DNA of 41,179 bases. Origin: Candidatus Uhrbacteria bacterium CG22_combo_CG10-13_8_21_14_all_47_17 (GTDB lineage: Bacteria; Patescibacteriota; Patescibacteriia; 2-12-FULL-60-25). The translations under genes and the position numbers were made by a program. The notes below the pieces were generated by a model, which searched no databases, had not been told where the DNA came from, and worked only from the letters and a program-made list of their open reading frames with translations. Each line of letters opens with the position of its first letter. Position 1 is the first letter of the stretch. The stretch covers positions 16,163 through 57,341 of the forward strand of contig PCSZ01000039.1 in the NCBI GenBank assembly GCA_002786495.1, given 5' to 3'. This document shows positions 1-7,262 of the stretch, in pieces.

Positions 1-140
1 CTTTGCTGTGGGTCTTTTGAATATTCTCGTGATCGAATTCGGAAAATTCTTGTATCGCAATGCCGACGAATAAATAAAAAAGAGCACACCCGCGTGAGCA
101 AGTATGCTCTCTGCGTAGGCGTGCTCAAGAAGAAGGCTCC

Positions 141-743
141 TCAGAGACAAGAAACGGGAACGCCGGTTCCGCCCGCCGGAAAGGTGGGAAGAGGTCCGCC
201 AGGCCCATCATGGACAAGACCGTTTGCGAGACGATTCACACCGTCCGCGGTATAGGCCTTCACACATTGCGGGACGGAACAGACATGGGGCCAATTGCGG
301 TAATCCCAGGCTCCGCATCGAAGACCGGTACGGATGAAGGAACTGCCACCGTTGGTGTTGACGTCGACCGTCAGCGTTCCAACTCCGGGATCGGAGGGAA
401 CGGCACAGCCGGCCCCGTCATACATGATAACTTGCCAGCCGCTTGGGCAGGACCCGAAGGTCGTATCCACGCAGGCCAAGTTGTATGTGACGCTTTGCGT
501 ACCGCGCCAGTCATAGGGAGAGCGGGCGTCACGACAGGTATCGCGCGCAGCCAAGGCGCCCGAGGGCGTCGTATCCCGGATGACATTGGCTTGCGAAGGT
601 CGAGGCAATGCCTCGCTTTCCAGGCTCGTCTGGTTCCCCATGTCTACGGGGCCGTAGCGCAAGAAAACTGCGGCTACAACGATAAGGGTTACCGTTAACA
701 CAATGGACAATACGCCGATCAGGGGGCTGTTCTGGTTTTCCAA
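141..743 (-). CDS. hypothetical N-terminally anchored Cys/Gly/Pro-rich extracytoplasmic protein (200 aa)
   Basis: TTG start with GGAGA ~14 nt upstream; one TM helix (IGVLSIVLTVTLIVVAAVFL) followed by an 8-Cys Gly/Pro-rich region; visibly GC-rich; no family recognised. Confidence 0.6.
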   Translation of the reverse strand: MENQNSPLIGVLSIVLTVTLIVVAAVFLRYGPVDMGNQTSLESEALPRPSQANVIRDTTPSGALAARDTCRDARSPYDWRGTQSVTYNLACVDTTFGSCPSGWQVIMYDGAGCAVPSDPGVGTLTVDVNTNGGSSFIRTGLRCGAWDYRNWPHVCSVPQCVKAYTADGVNRLANGLVHDGPGGPLPTFPAGGTGVPVSCL

Positions 744-842
744 GGTTGAACTCTTTCTCCGCCGAAGCGGACTGCCTTTTCAAAAAAAATTTACGTTCCG
801 CGTCTTTACAAAACGGTCTCGGACAGAAGTCTGAGACACCGC

Positions 843-871
843 AATATTGCATGATCCAGAAGATTTGTCAA
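843..871 (-). promoter_or_regulatory. sigma70-like promoter for the 141-743 gene
   Basis: Minus strand reads TTGACA (866-871), 17-nt spacer, AATATT (843-848), just downstream of the trmD stop. Confidence 0.45.
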
Positions 872-905
872 TCAATGCCCTTTTCTTTAAGAAAAGAAAA
901 GCAAC

Positions 906-1622
906 CTAGCTCTTTTTTCTTCTCCATTCTTCTATTTTTTTATGATCGCCCGAGAGAAGAATATCCGGCACATCCCACATTTTTTGTTTCTTCCCCTTCG
1001 CCTTTTTCTGTACCAGATATTTCTCCGGCCGTGTGTACTGGGCGTATTCAAGTTCTCCAGAAACCGTGTGAGACTCCATGACAAGTGATTCCGCTTTCCC
1101 GAGCACGCCTGGAATAAGGCGCGCAACAGCATCCGTCATTACGAGTGCGGGAAGTTCGCCACCGGTCAAAACATATTCCCCTATCGAAAGTTCTTCATCG
1201 GCAAGGTGTTTGGCAACGCGCTCATCCACACCTTCGTAGCGTCCGCATAAAAAAACCAAACGATCATATTTTGATAAACGCTCTGCATCTCGTTGTGTAA
1301 AAATTTTACCTTTTGCGCTCGTTAAAATCACGCGTGTCTTTTTGGCCGTCGCACTTTTCTTTCCCTCTTTTGTTCTCACGCGCAGAGAAGTAAGCGCGCG
1401 ATGGAAAGGCCCTACTTGCATAACCATGCCCGGACCGCCGCCAAAGGGTTTATCATCAACCGTTTTATGTTTGTCACTCGTCCAAGCGCGCAAATCATAC
1501 GCGGCAAGCTTTAAAACCCCCGCCTGCTGACCGCGTTTTAATATGGAAGCCTGCAGATAAGGCTCGACAATGTCTGGAAAAATTGTGACGACATCCACCT
1601 TGAGGTTTTTTTTCTTGGCCAT
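906..1622 (-). CDS. trmD: tRNA (guanine37-N1)-methyltransferase TrmD
   Basis: 238 aa; VDVVTIFPDIVEPYL, DDKPFGGGPGMVM and LLCGRYEGVDERV-type motifs typical of TrmD; TAG stop. Confidence 0.95.
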   Translation of the reverse strand: MAKKKNLKVDVVTIFPDIVEPYLQASILKRGQQAGVLKLAAYDLRAWTSDKHKTVDDKPFGGGPGMVMQVGPFHRALTSLRVRTKEGKKSATAKKTRVILTSAKGKIFTQRDAERLSKYDRLVFLCGRYEGVDERVAKHLADEELSIGEYVLTGGELPALVMTDAVARLIPGVLGKAESLVMESHTVSGELEYAQYTRPEKYLVQKKAKGKKQKMWDVPDILLSGDHKKIEEWRRKKS

Positions 1623-1639
1623 AATAGCTCTACCATAAC

Positions 1640-1673
1640 AAAAACCGGCCCAATGTACATCAGGCCGGTTTTT
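1640..1673 (-). terminator. rho-independent terminator after the KH-domain gene
   Basis: AAAAACCGGCC / GGCCGGTTTTT stem with 12-nt loop; T-run on the minus strand; only ~20 nt upstream of the trmD ATG. Confidence 0.7.
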
Positions 1674-1683
1674 TTACGAACAA

Positions 1684-2046
1684 TTAAATGCCGAGTCCGG
1701 CAATATCTTCATCTGTAACGAGTCCGGAATCGCCATGCGATTGCGGTGCTTCGGGCTCGCTTCCTTTGTTTTCCTGATGCTTCCGACGAAGCTCTTCCGG
1801 CTCATAAATCACCATGCTCACGCGAGCATTGTCTTTTGCGCCTACCGTTTTCAAAAGAATGCGGAGGGCGCGAGCCGTTTGACCTTGGCGGCCAATGATA
1901 TACCCCATGTCTTCCGGATTGACATATAGTGTAATTTTAACGCCTCGATCATCGATCTCACGATCGGTTTTGACGTCTTCCGGATGGTTGACGAGAGCCT
2001 TTACAACGGTCTCGATAAATTCCTGATCTTTTTGCTTCTCTGCCAT
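1684..2046 (-). CDS. KH-domain RNA-binding protein (YlqC/UPF0109-like) with acidic C-terminal extension
   Basis: 120 aa; GYIIGRQGQTARALRILLK (GxxG KH core); GGAG ~12 nt upstream of ATG. Confidence 0.85.
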   Translation of the reverse strand: MAEKQKDQEFIETVVKALVNHPEDVKTDREIDDRGVKITLYVNPEDMGYIIGRQGQTARALRILLKTVGAKDNARVSMVIYEPEELRRKHQENKGSEPEAPQSHGDSGLVTDEDIAGLGI

Positions 2047-2265
2047 ATCGGCTATGAACTCCGCGCCTGTAAGGGAGCGGACGAGTAAATTGTCAAATGC
2101 CCTATTGGGCTACCGGCATCCTAGCAAACGGGGACTAAGGAGGCAAAGAAATCCATAAAACAGAGCTTAATCTTGACGTTTTTAGCAAGCTCAAGTACTC
2201 TCTTTACGTGCTCTTAGCCATCCCCGCTGGCGGTGGGAGATCCTAAGAATCTTATATTAAAAAAC

Positions 2266-2781
2266 ATGCTCACCATAAAATTGGCACGTATCGGAAAGAA
2301 AAAGGCACCGCATTATCGCTTTGTCGTTATAGAAAAAGCACGCGACCCATGGGGCCGTGGAGCAGAAATTGTTGGTCATTATAATCCCCGAACAAATCCG
2401 GCAACGATTGAAGTGAAGGAAGATCGTATCAAATACTGGCTCTCGAAGGGTGTTCAGTGTACCGATACCGTCTGGAACCTTCTTATTGATCAAGGGATCA
2501 TCCAGGGAGAAAAACGTAATACCGCAAAAATTTCAAACAAACGTCGTGCGAAACTCGGCAAGGTAGCGGAGGAAAAGAAAGTTGCTGAGGAAACCGCCAA
2601 AAAGAAAGCCGCGGAAGAAAAAGCCGCAGCCACCGAAGCAGCTCAGGCTGCAGAAGCAGCCGCCGCAGCAGGGGGAGCTTCAAAAGAAGAGGCCCCTGCT
2701 GAAGCAGCCGCTCCCACCGAAGAGGAGGTAAAAACCGAAGCTCCTGAAGAGCCTAAAGCAGAAGAAAAAGCAGCAGAATAA
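2266..2781 (+). CDS. rpsP: 30S ribosomal protein S16 with long Ala/Glu/Lys-rich C-terminal tail
   Basis: MLTIKLARIGKKKAPHYRFVVIEKARDPWGR..GHYNPRTNP is the canonical S16 N-terminus; ATG at 2266 preferred over the GTG at 2233; residues ~95-171 are low-complexity AEK. Confidence 0.95.
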   Translation: MLTIKLARIGKKKAPHYRFVVIEKARDPWGRGAEIVGHYNPRTNPATIEVKEDRIKYWLSKGVQCTDTVWNLLIDQGIIQGEKRNTAKISNKRRAKLGKVAEEKKVAEETAKKKAAEEKAAATEAAQAAEAAAAAGGASKEEAPAEAAAPTEEEVKTEAPEEPKAEEKAAE

Positions 2782-2793
2782 CAAAGTAATACA

Positions 2794-2821
2794 AAAATCC
2801 CTCGAATGTTCGAGGGATTTT
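2794..2821. terminator. bidirectional hairpin terminator between convergent rpsP and smc
   Basis: AAAATCCCTCGAA..TTCGAGGGATTTT near-perfect inverted repeat flanked by A-run and T-run. Confidence 0.7.
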
Positions 2822-2825
2822 TGTA

Positions 2826-5048
2826 TTAGGCGTTCTTTCTTAGATTTTCGATTTCTTCCATTTTAACAGAAAGCAGTTTTGAGACCCCATCATCCCCCAT
2901 GGTAACGCCATAGAGCACATTTGCGTTCGTCATTGTCGCGCGATTATGTGTGACGACAACAAATTGCGTTTTCGTTGAAAGGGTCACAATAATTTCAGCA
3001 AACTTCCGCGAGTTCGTTTCATCGAGAGCAGCGTCAACTTCATCAAGGACAACGAACGGAGAAGGATTGGTCGCCATGATAGCGCAGATAAGCGCAATGG
3101 ACGTAAGCGCGCGCTCTCCTCCGGAAAGAAGCGCAATGGACTTAAAGCGTTTTCCGGGAGGCGTCGCCTGAATTTCAACACCAGAAATCGCTCCCTCAGG
3201 AACTTCTTCCAGAATATTCCCTTCTTCATCCATTTCGGGTGTGGGGGCAATTTCGACAAGCTTTGCATCTCCGCCGTCAAAAAGTTTTTTAAAGAAATGA
3301 GAAAATTCTTTGTCCAGTTTTTTAAACGCGATGGAACTTCGTTCTCGAATGGTCGATTCCAATTCATCGACAATGGTATCGAGCGCCGTAATGCCGGCGC
3401 GTAAGTCCTCAATTTGTTTTGATAAAAATTCAAAACGCTCTTCTGTTTCCACATGTTCCTTGAGGGTTTCCGGATCGATGCCGCCAATCCACTCAAGCTG
3501 CGAACGGATTTTTTGAATACGCGCGGACGCATCAATATTTGGTTCTTTCGCTGTGCCCGCAAGCGCGTCAAGCTCTTTCTCAAGCGCTTCCGCATGAAGA
3601 CGGATGTCCTGCAAAAAACTCTCTCGCCGCGTTTCTACGCGCGCAAGCTCCACCTCCGCTCCGGACGCAAGGCGTTCAGCCGCTTGGCCCTCCGCACGCT
3701 TGAGTGAAAGTTTTCTCTGTGTTTCAAAAATATGCTTTCGTTTCCCTTCTTCTCTCGCATTCCAAGCATCCATAGCCGCCTCGGTTTTTGCGATCTGCTC
3801 CGTAATATCCGCAAGCTCGCTCGTAAGTTCTGCGAGTTGTTTTGCTGCTTTTGGATCTGTTTGTTTTGCTTTTTCCGGTTCCGGAGCCGGACGCTGTAGC
3901 TTACCAACAAGCTCAGTACTCATGCTTCGCAATTCCGCTGCGAGGGGTTTGAGTCGAGAAAGATCCGGCTTTTCTGCTGCGAGAATTTCATCGAGCGTCT
4001 CGTGTTTTGCTCGCAACGTGTCGACGCTTTCGATAATCTTTGAAAGCGGGAGCGGTGCCCAGGGTTTTTCTGCACGAACTTCGGCGATAGCCTGCTCCGT
4101 TTCAAACTTCATCTGCTTTTCACGCAGCGAAGCGCGCTTCGCGACCAGGCCATCAAGCGTTTGGCGTAATTCGCGAAAACCCTCCCCGACCGGAACCGCC
4201 TTCTCCATCTCGACGAGATCAGCTTCGAGCTGAGAGGCTTCCTTCTCCAACGCAGCCTCTTTACTGCGCGCATTCTGCACATTCGCCGTAAGCTCATTGA
4301 ATCGTCCAGAAAGCCTCTTCCACTCATAGCCATAATGCGCCCGTTCGAGCGTTTGAAGCTCTTCTTCCAGCGCTTCGCGCTGCGACAAACGATTTACTTG
4401 GCGCTCCAGCGACTTAAGGCGCGGTTCAATTTCACGAAGCAAAGATTCGGACTGAACCAAGTTCTTTTTTGAATCATCAATTTTATTTAAAGCCTGATTT
4501 TTCTTCAGCTGAAATGGACGCAAACCGAAAGCTTCATCAAAAAACTCTTTGCGCTCCGTCGGACTCGCAACAAGCACATGATCAATCATACCCTGTCCTA
4601 TAACGCTGTACGTTCGCTGACCAATGCCGCATTGTGCGAGAAGCAATTGCACATCCGTGAGACGCGCGCTTTGCTTATTCACTTCGTATTCGGAATGTCC
4701 ATCGCGATAGAGGCGGCGCGTAACTTCAACTTCTTTTAAATCAAGATCCGGATGCGCGTCTCCAGGACCGTCGCTTGCAAGCGTCATGGTAACTTCCGCA
4801 AAGCCGGATCGCGTGCGTTTTTCCGAACCGGAAAAAATCACGTCTTCCGATCTTTTTCCGCGAAGAAGCTTTAAGCTCTGTTCTCCCATCACCCAGCGAA
4901 TCGCATCAGCAATATTGGATTTTCCGGATCCGTTCGGACCAACAACCACCGTAACGCCACGTTTCCCGGAGGCGTCAGGCATAAATTCGAGAACAGTCTT
5001 TTGCGCAAAGGTTTTAAAACCCTGAATTTCCAGACGTTTGAGATACAT
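2826..5048 (-). CDS. smc: SMC-family chromosome segregation ATPase, unusually short (740 aa), no recognisable hinge
   Basis: N-terminal head [36 protein letters not shown]; C-terminal head [31 protein letters not shown]; ~400 aa of heptad-like sequence between them in one uninterrupted ORF. Confidence 0.9.
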   Translation of the reverse strand: MYLKRLEIQGFKTFAQKTVLEFMPDASGKRGVTVVVGPNGSGKSNIADAIRWVMGEQSLKLLRGKRSEDVIFSGSEKRTRSGFAEVTMTLASDGPGDAHPDLDLKEVEVTRRLYRDGHSEYEVNKQSARLTDVQLLLAQCGIGQRTYSVIGQGMIDHVLVASPTERKEFFDEAFGLRPFQLKKNQALNKIDDSKKNLVQSESLLREIEPRLKSLERQVNRLSQREALEEELQTLERAHYGYEWKRLSGRFNELTANVQNARSKEAALEKEASQLEADLVEMEKAVPVGEGFRELRQTLDGLVAKRASLREKQMKFETEQAIAEVRAEKPWAPLPLSKIIESVDTLRAKHETLDEILAAEKPDLSRLKPLAAELRSMSTELVGKLQRPAPEPEKAKQTDPKAAKQLAELTSELADITEQIAKTEAAMDAWNAREEGKRKHIFETQRKLSLKRAEGQAAERLASGAEVELARVETRRESFLQDIRLHAEALEKELDALAGTAKEPNIDASARIQKIRSQLEWIGGIDPETLKEHVETEERFEFLSKQIEDLRAGITALDTIVDELESTIRERSSIAFKKLDKEFSHFFKKLFDGGDAKLVEIAPTPEMDEEGNILEEVPEGAISGVEIQATPPGKRFKSIALLSGGERALTSIALICAIMATNPSPFVVLDEVDAALDETNSRKFAEIIVTLSTKTQFVVVTHNRATMTNANVLYGVTMGDDGVSKLLSVKMEEIENLRKNA

Positions 5049-5144
5049 ACTGAATGTGCCTATATTAGCGTTAAATACCCGTTCTGGCTAGCGGGTTTCC
5101 CCCAGTGTTTACGGCTCCCCGTTTCCAGTCTACGATCTCGATAT

Positions 5145-5492
5145 ATGGCAAATCGTCTTGACGCAAGCTTTGAACACCTCCGAGAAGCCTTTTCCGAAGT
5201 ACTGGCTAAAAACGTGGACTTTCCGCTTGGCGTTATCGTCACGGTTCTTGATGCAAAGGTAACGGCCAATACCGCCCACGCGAGGTTCAAGCTTTCTGTC
5301 TTTCCGGAAACAGCTGAACCGGGCATTCTTCAAACCCTAAAAGAATATGATCATGAAATAAAAGATGCGCTTGCAAAACGTCTGCGCATGCGACGTATTC
5401 CGCGGCTCCATTATGTTTTTGATAAGACGGAAGCAAAGGCAGCAAAGATTGAAAAAACGATAAATACGCTGAAAGAACAGGGCGAGATTTAG
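5145..5492 (+). CDS. rbfA: ribosome-binding factor A
   Basis: 115 aa from the ATG at 5145; VTVLDAKVTANTAHARFKLSVF..IKDALAKRLRMRRIPRLHYVFD matches the RbfA pattern. Confidence 0.88.
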   Translation: MANRLDASFEHLREAFSEVLAKNVDFPLGVIVTVLDAKVTANTAHARFKLSVFPETAEPGILQTLKEYDHEIKDALAKRLRMRRIPRLHYVFDKTEAKAAKIEKTINTLKEQGEI

Positions 5493-5513
5493 AACGCATT
5501 TTAGGCATAAAGC

Positions 5514-5542
5514 TTGACCAAAGGCCTGTTTTGGGGTAGACT
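5514..5542 (+). promoter_or_regulatory. sigma70-like promoter 11 nt upstream of the DHH phosphoesterase ATG
   Basis: TTGACC (5514-5519), 17-nt spacer, TAGACT (5537-5542); ATG at 5554; no Shine-Dalgarno. Confidence 0.5.
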
Positions 5543-5553
5543 CATCCATTCCT

Positions 5554-6528
5554 ATGAAACGGGATTCACGGATATTCCAGCAGGTTGTTCAAGCGATTCA
5601 GCAAGCGAATCGCATTCTTATCGTATCTGATGGAAAGCCTGATGGAGACTCTGTCGGTTCAAGCTCTGCCGTATGGAACTGGCTTCAGCGCGAAGGAAAA
5701 GATGCGACGCTATTTTGTCCAAAAGAAATTCAAAGCGTCTTTCGCTTCATAGACGGCTATGCGCATTTCGCGCAGGATCATTCGATTCTTGAGCAGGGTT
5801 TTGACCTTGTTCTTGTCTTTGATGCCAGCGATTTGGAACATGGCGGAAATGACGTTCTCCTCGCAAAACTGAAAAAGCCATATACGCTCATCAATATTGA
5901 TCATCATTCAACCAATCTTGGCTATGGCGATATCAATCTCGTATACACAGACGCCTGTTCCACTTGTGAAGTGGTCTATGATTTTTTTGAAGCAAACCAC
6001 ATTCATATTGATCATCGCATGGCCACGTCTCTTTTAACGGGATTATGTACGGATACTTCAAATTTTTCCAATGCCGGAACCAATGTTCGCGGAATGGAAG
6101 CGGCTTCGGCTCTCTGTGCAGCCGGCGCACGCCATTCGGATATCCTGCGGCATCTTGTACAAAATAAAACCGTCCCCGCTCTTCGCTTATGGGGATTGGC
6201 GCTTGAGCGTTTACATTTCCGACCGGAATATGATCTCGCCATTACCTATTTTCTCGCCTCAGACATTGCAGAAGTCCCCGGAGGCGATGAAGCCGTTGCA
6301 GGCGTCTCAAACTTTTTAAATGCAACCTGCGGAAACTGCGACACGATTCTCGTCCTACGCGAAGAAGACGGTCTTGTGAAAGGTTCGCTTCGAAGCGTAA
6401 ATCGTGACATTTCAAAATTCGCAAAACTGCTCGGCGGCGGCGGCCACAAAAAAGCCTCCGGATTTGCCGTTCCAGGAAGAATTGAAATACAGGACGAACG
6501 CATTCGGATTATGCCCGTACGCGCCTAA
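5554..6528 (+). CDS. DHH/DHHA1 phosphoesterase (NrnA-like oligoribonuclease/pAp phosphatase)
   Basis: 324 aa; DGDSVGSSSA, VFDASD, NIDHHSTN and GGGGHKKASGF motifs. Confidence 0.9.
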   Translation: MKRDSRIFQQVVQAIQQANRILIVSDGKPDGDSVGSSSAVWNWLQREGKDATLFCPKEIQSVFRFIDGYAHFAQDHSILEQGFDLVLVFDASDLEHGGNDVLLAKLKKPYTLINIDHHSTNLGYGDINLVYTDACSTCEVVYDFFEANHIHIDHRMATSLLTGLCTDTSNFSNAGTNVRGMEAASALCAAGARHSDILRHLVQNKTVPALRLWGLALERLHFRPEYDLAITYFLASDIAEVPGGDEAVAGVSNFLNATCGNCDTILVLREEDGLVKGSLRSVNRDISKFAKLLGGGGHKKASGFAVPGRIEIQDERIRIMPVRA

Positions 6529-6565
6529 AAGCTACGGATACACTATCTCCAGAAAAGAGCTTTCA

Positions 6566-6592
6566 TTAGCACTCAGACAATTTGACTGCTAA
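6566..6592. promoter_or_regulatory. CIRCE-like inverted repeat (HrcA operator consensus) overlapping the clpP -35
   Basis: TTAGCACTC-AGACAATTT-GACTGCTAA versus consensus TTAGCACTC-N9-GAGTGCTAA (17/18 match). Confidence 0.6.
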
Positions 6593-6610
6593 ATCTGGCT
6601 GGGCTAGAAT
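6582..6610 (+). promoter_or_regulatory. clpP promoter
   Basis: TTGACT (6582-6587), 17-nt spacer, TAGAAT (6605-6610); ATG at 6620, only 9 nt downstream; no Shine-Dalgarno. Confidence 0.6.
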
Positions 6611-6619
6611 GAAACGGTT

Positions 6620-7234
6620 ATGAAAAACCCCTACGAAATATCCAATCTCACACCGGAAAACTACCTTATCCCGACTGTGATCGAAAAAACACATCAAGGC
6701 GAACGAGCATATGACATTTACTCTCGCCTGCTCAAAGACCGCATCATCATGCTCGGTTCCGGCGTGGATGATGAAATTGCAAATGTAATTGTTGCGCAGC
6801 TTCTCTTTCTTGAAAGCCAAGACAATACCAAAGACATTAAGCTCTACATCAACTCACCGGGCGGCTCCATTACCGCGGGCATGGCAATTTACGATGCGAT
6901 GCAATATGTAAAACCGGATGTCTCTACCATTTGTATTGGCATGGCCGCATCCATGGGTGCCGTGCTTCTTGCCGGCGGCGCCGCGGGAAAGCGCCTTGCG
7001 CTCCCAAACTCTGAGATCATGATTCACCAGCCTTGGGGCGGATATCAAGGACAAGCAACAGATATTAAAATCCACGCGGAACGCATTATCAAAATGCGTG
7101 AAAACCTAAACAAGATTCTCGCAAAACACACAGGCCGACCATTGAAAGAGATCACCGACGATGTCGAACGAGATAATTTCATGGAAGCGGACGAAGCAAA
7201 GAAATACGGATTGATCGACAAAGTAATCAAATAA
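6620..7234 (+). CDS. clpP: ATP-dependent Clp protease proteolytic subunit
   Basis: 204 aa; [54 protein letters not shown] (active-site Ser) and IMIHQP. Confidence 0.97.
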   Translation: MKNPYEISNLTPENYLIPTVIEKTHQGERAYDIYSRLLKDRIIMLGSGVDDEIANVIVAQLLFLESQDNTKDIKLYINSPGGSITAGMAIYDAMQYVKPDVSTICIGMAASMGAVLLAGGAAGKRLALPNSEIMIHQPWGGYQGQATDIKIHAERIIKMRENLNKILAKHTGRPLKEITDDVERDNFMEADEAKKYGLIDKVIK

Positions 7235-7262
7235 CAAAAAAGCCCTGAGCGGGGCTTTTTTG
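7235..7262. terminator. bidirectional terminator between clpP and the SpoIID-domain gene
   Basis: AAAAAAGCCC-TGAGCG-GGGCTTTTTT hairpin. Confidence 0.7.

Noticed and set aside
2-73. Possible 3' end of a plus-strand gene entering from the left edge (..FAVGLLNILVIEFGKFLYRNADE*)
   Set aside because: Only 23 codons are visible. A hydrophobic tail plus a TAA is not enough to call a CDS.
2047-2265. 219-nt divergent intergenic region between the KH gene and rpsP, as a possible ribosomal-protein leader or riboswitch (contains an imperfect stem CTTAGCCATCCCCGC..GGTGGGAGATCCTAAG)
   Set aside because: The stem is imperfect and I recognise no known leader or riboswitch consensus. Ordinary divergent promoters plausibly explain the region (TTGACG-17-TACTCT at ~2174-2202).
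3604-4233. 209-aa plus-strand ORF, and other 60-200 aa ORFs, inside the smc gene
   Set aside because: It is antisense to a gene with unmistakable SMC head motifs. The Ser/Ala/Arg-rich low-complexity translation is typical of shadow ORFs opposite coiled-coil coding sequence. It has no Shine-Dalgarno or promoter.
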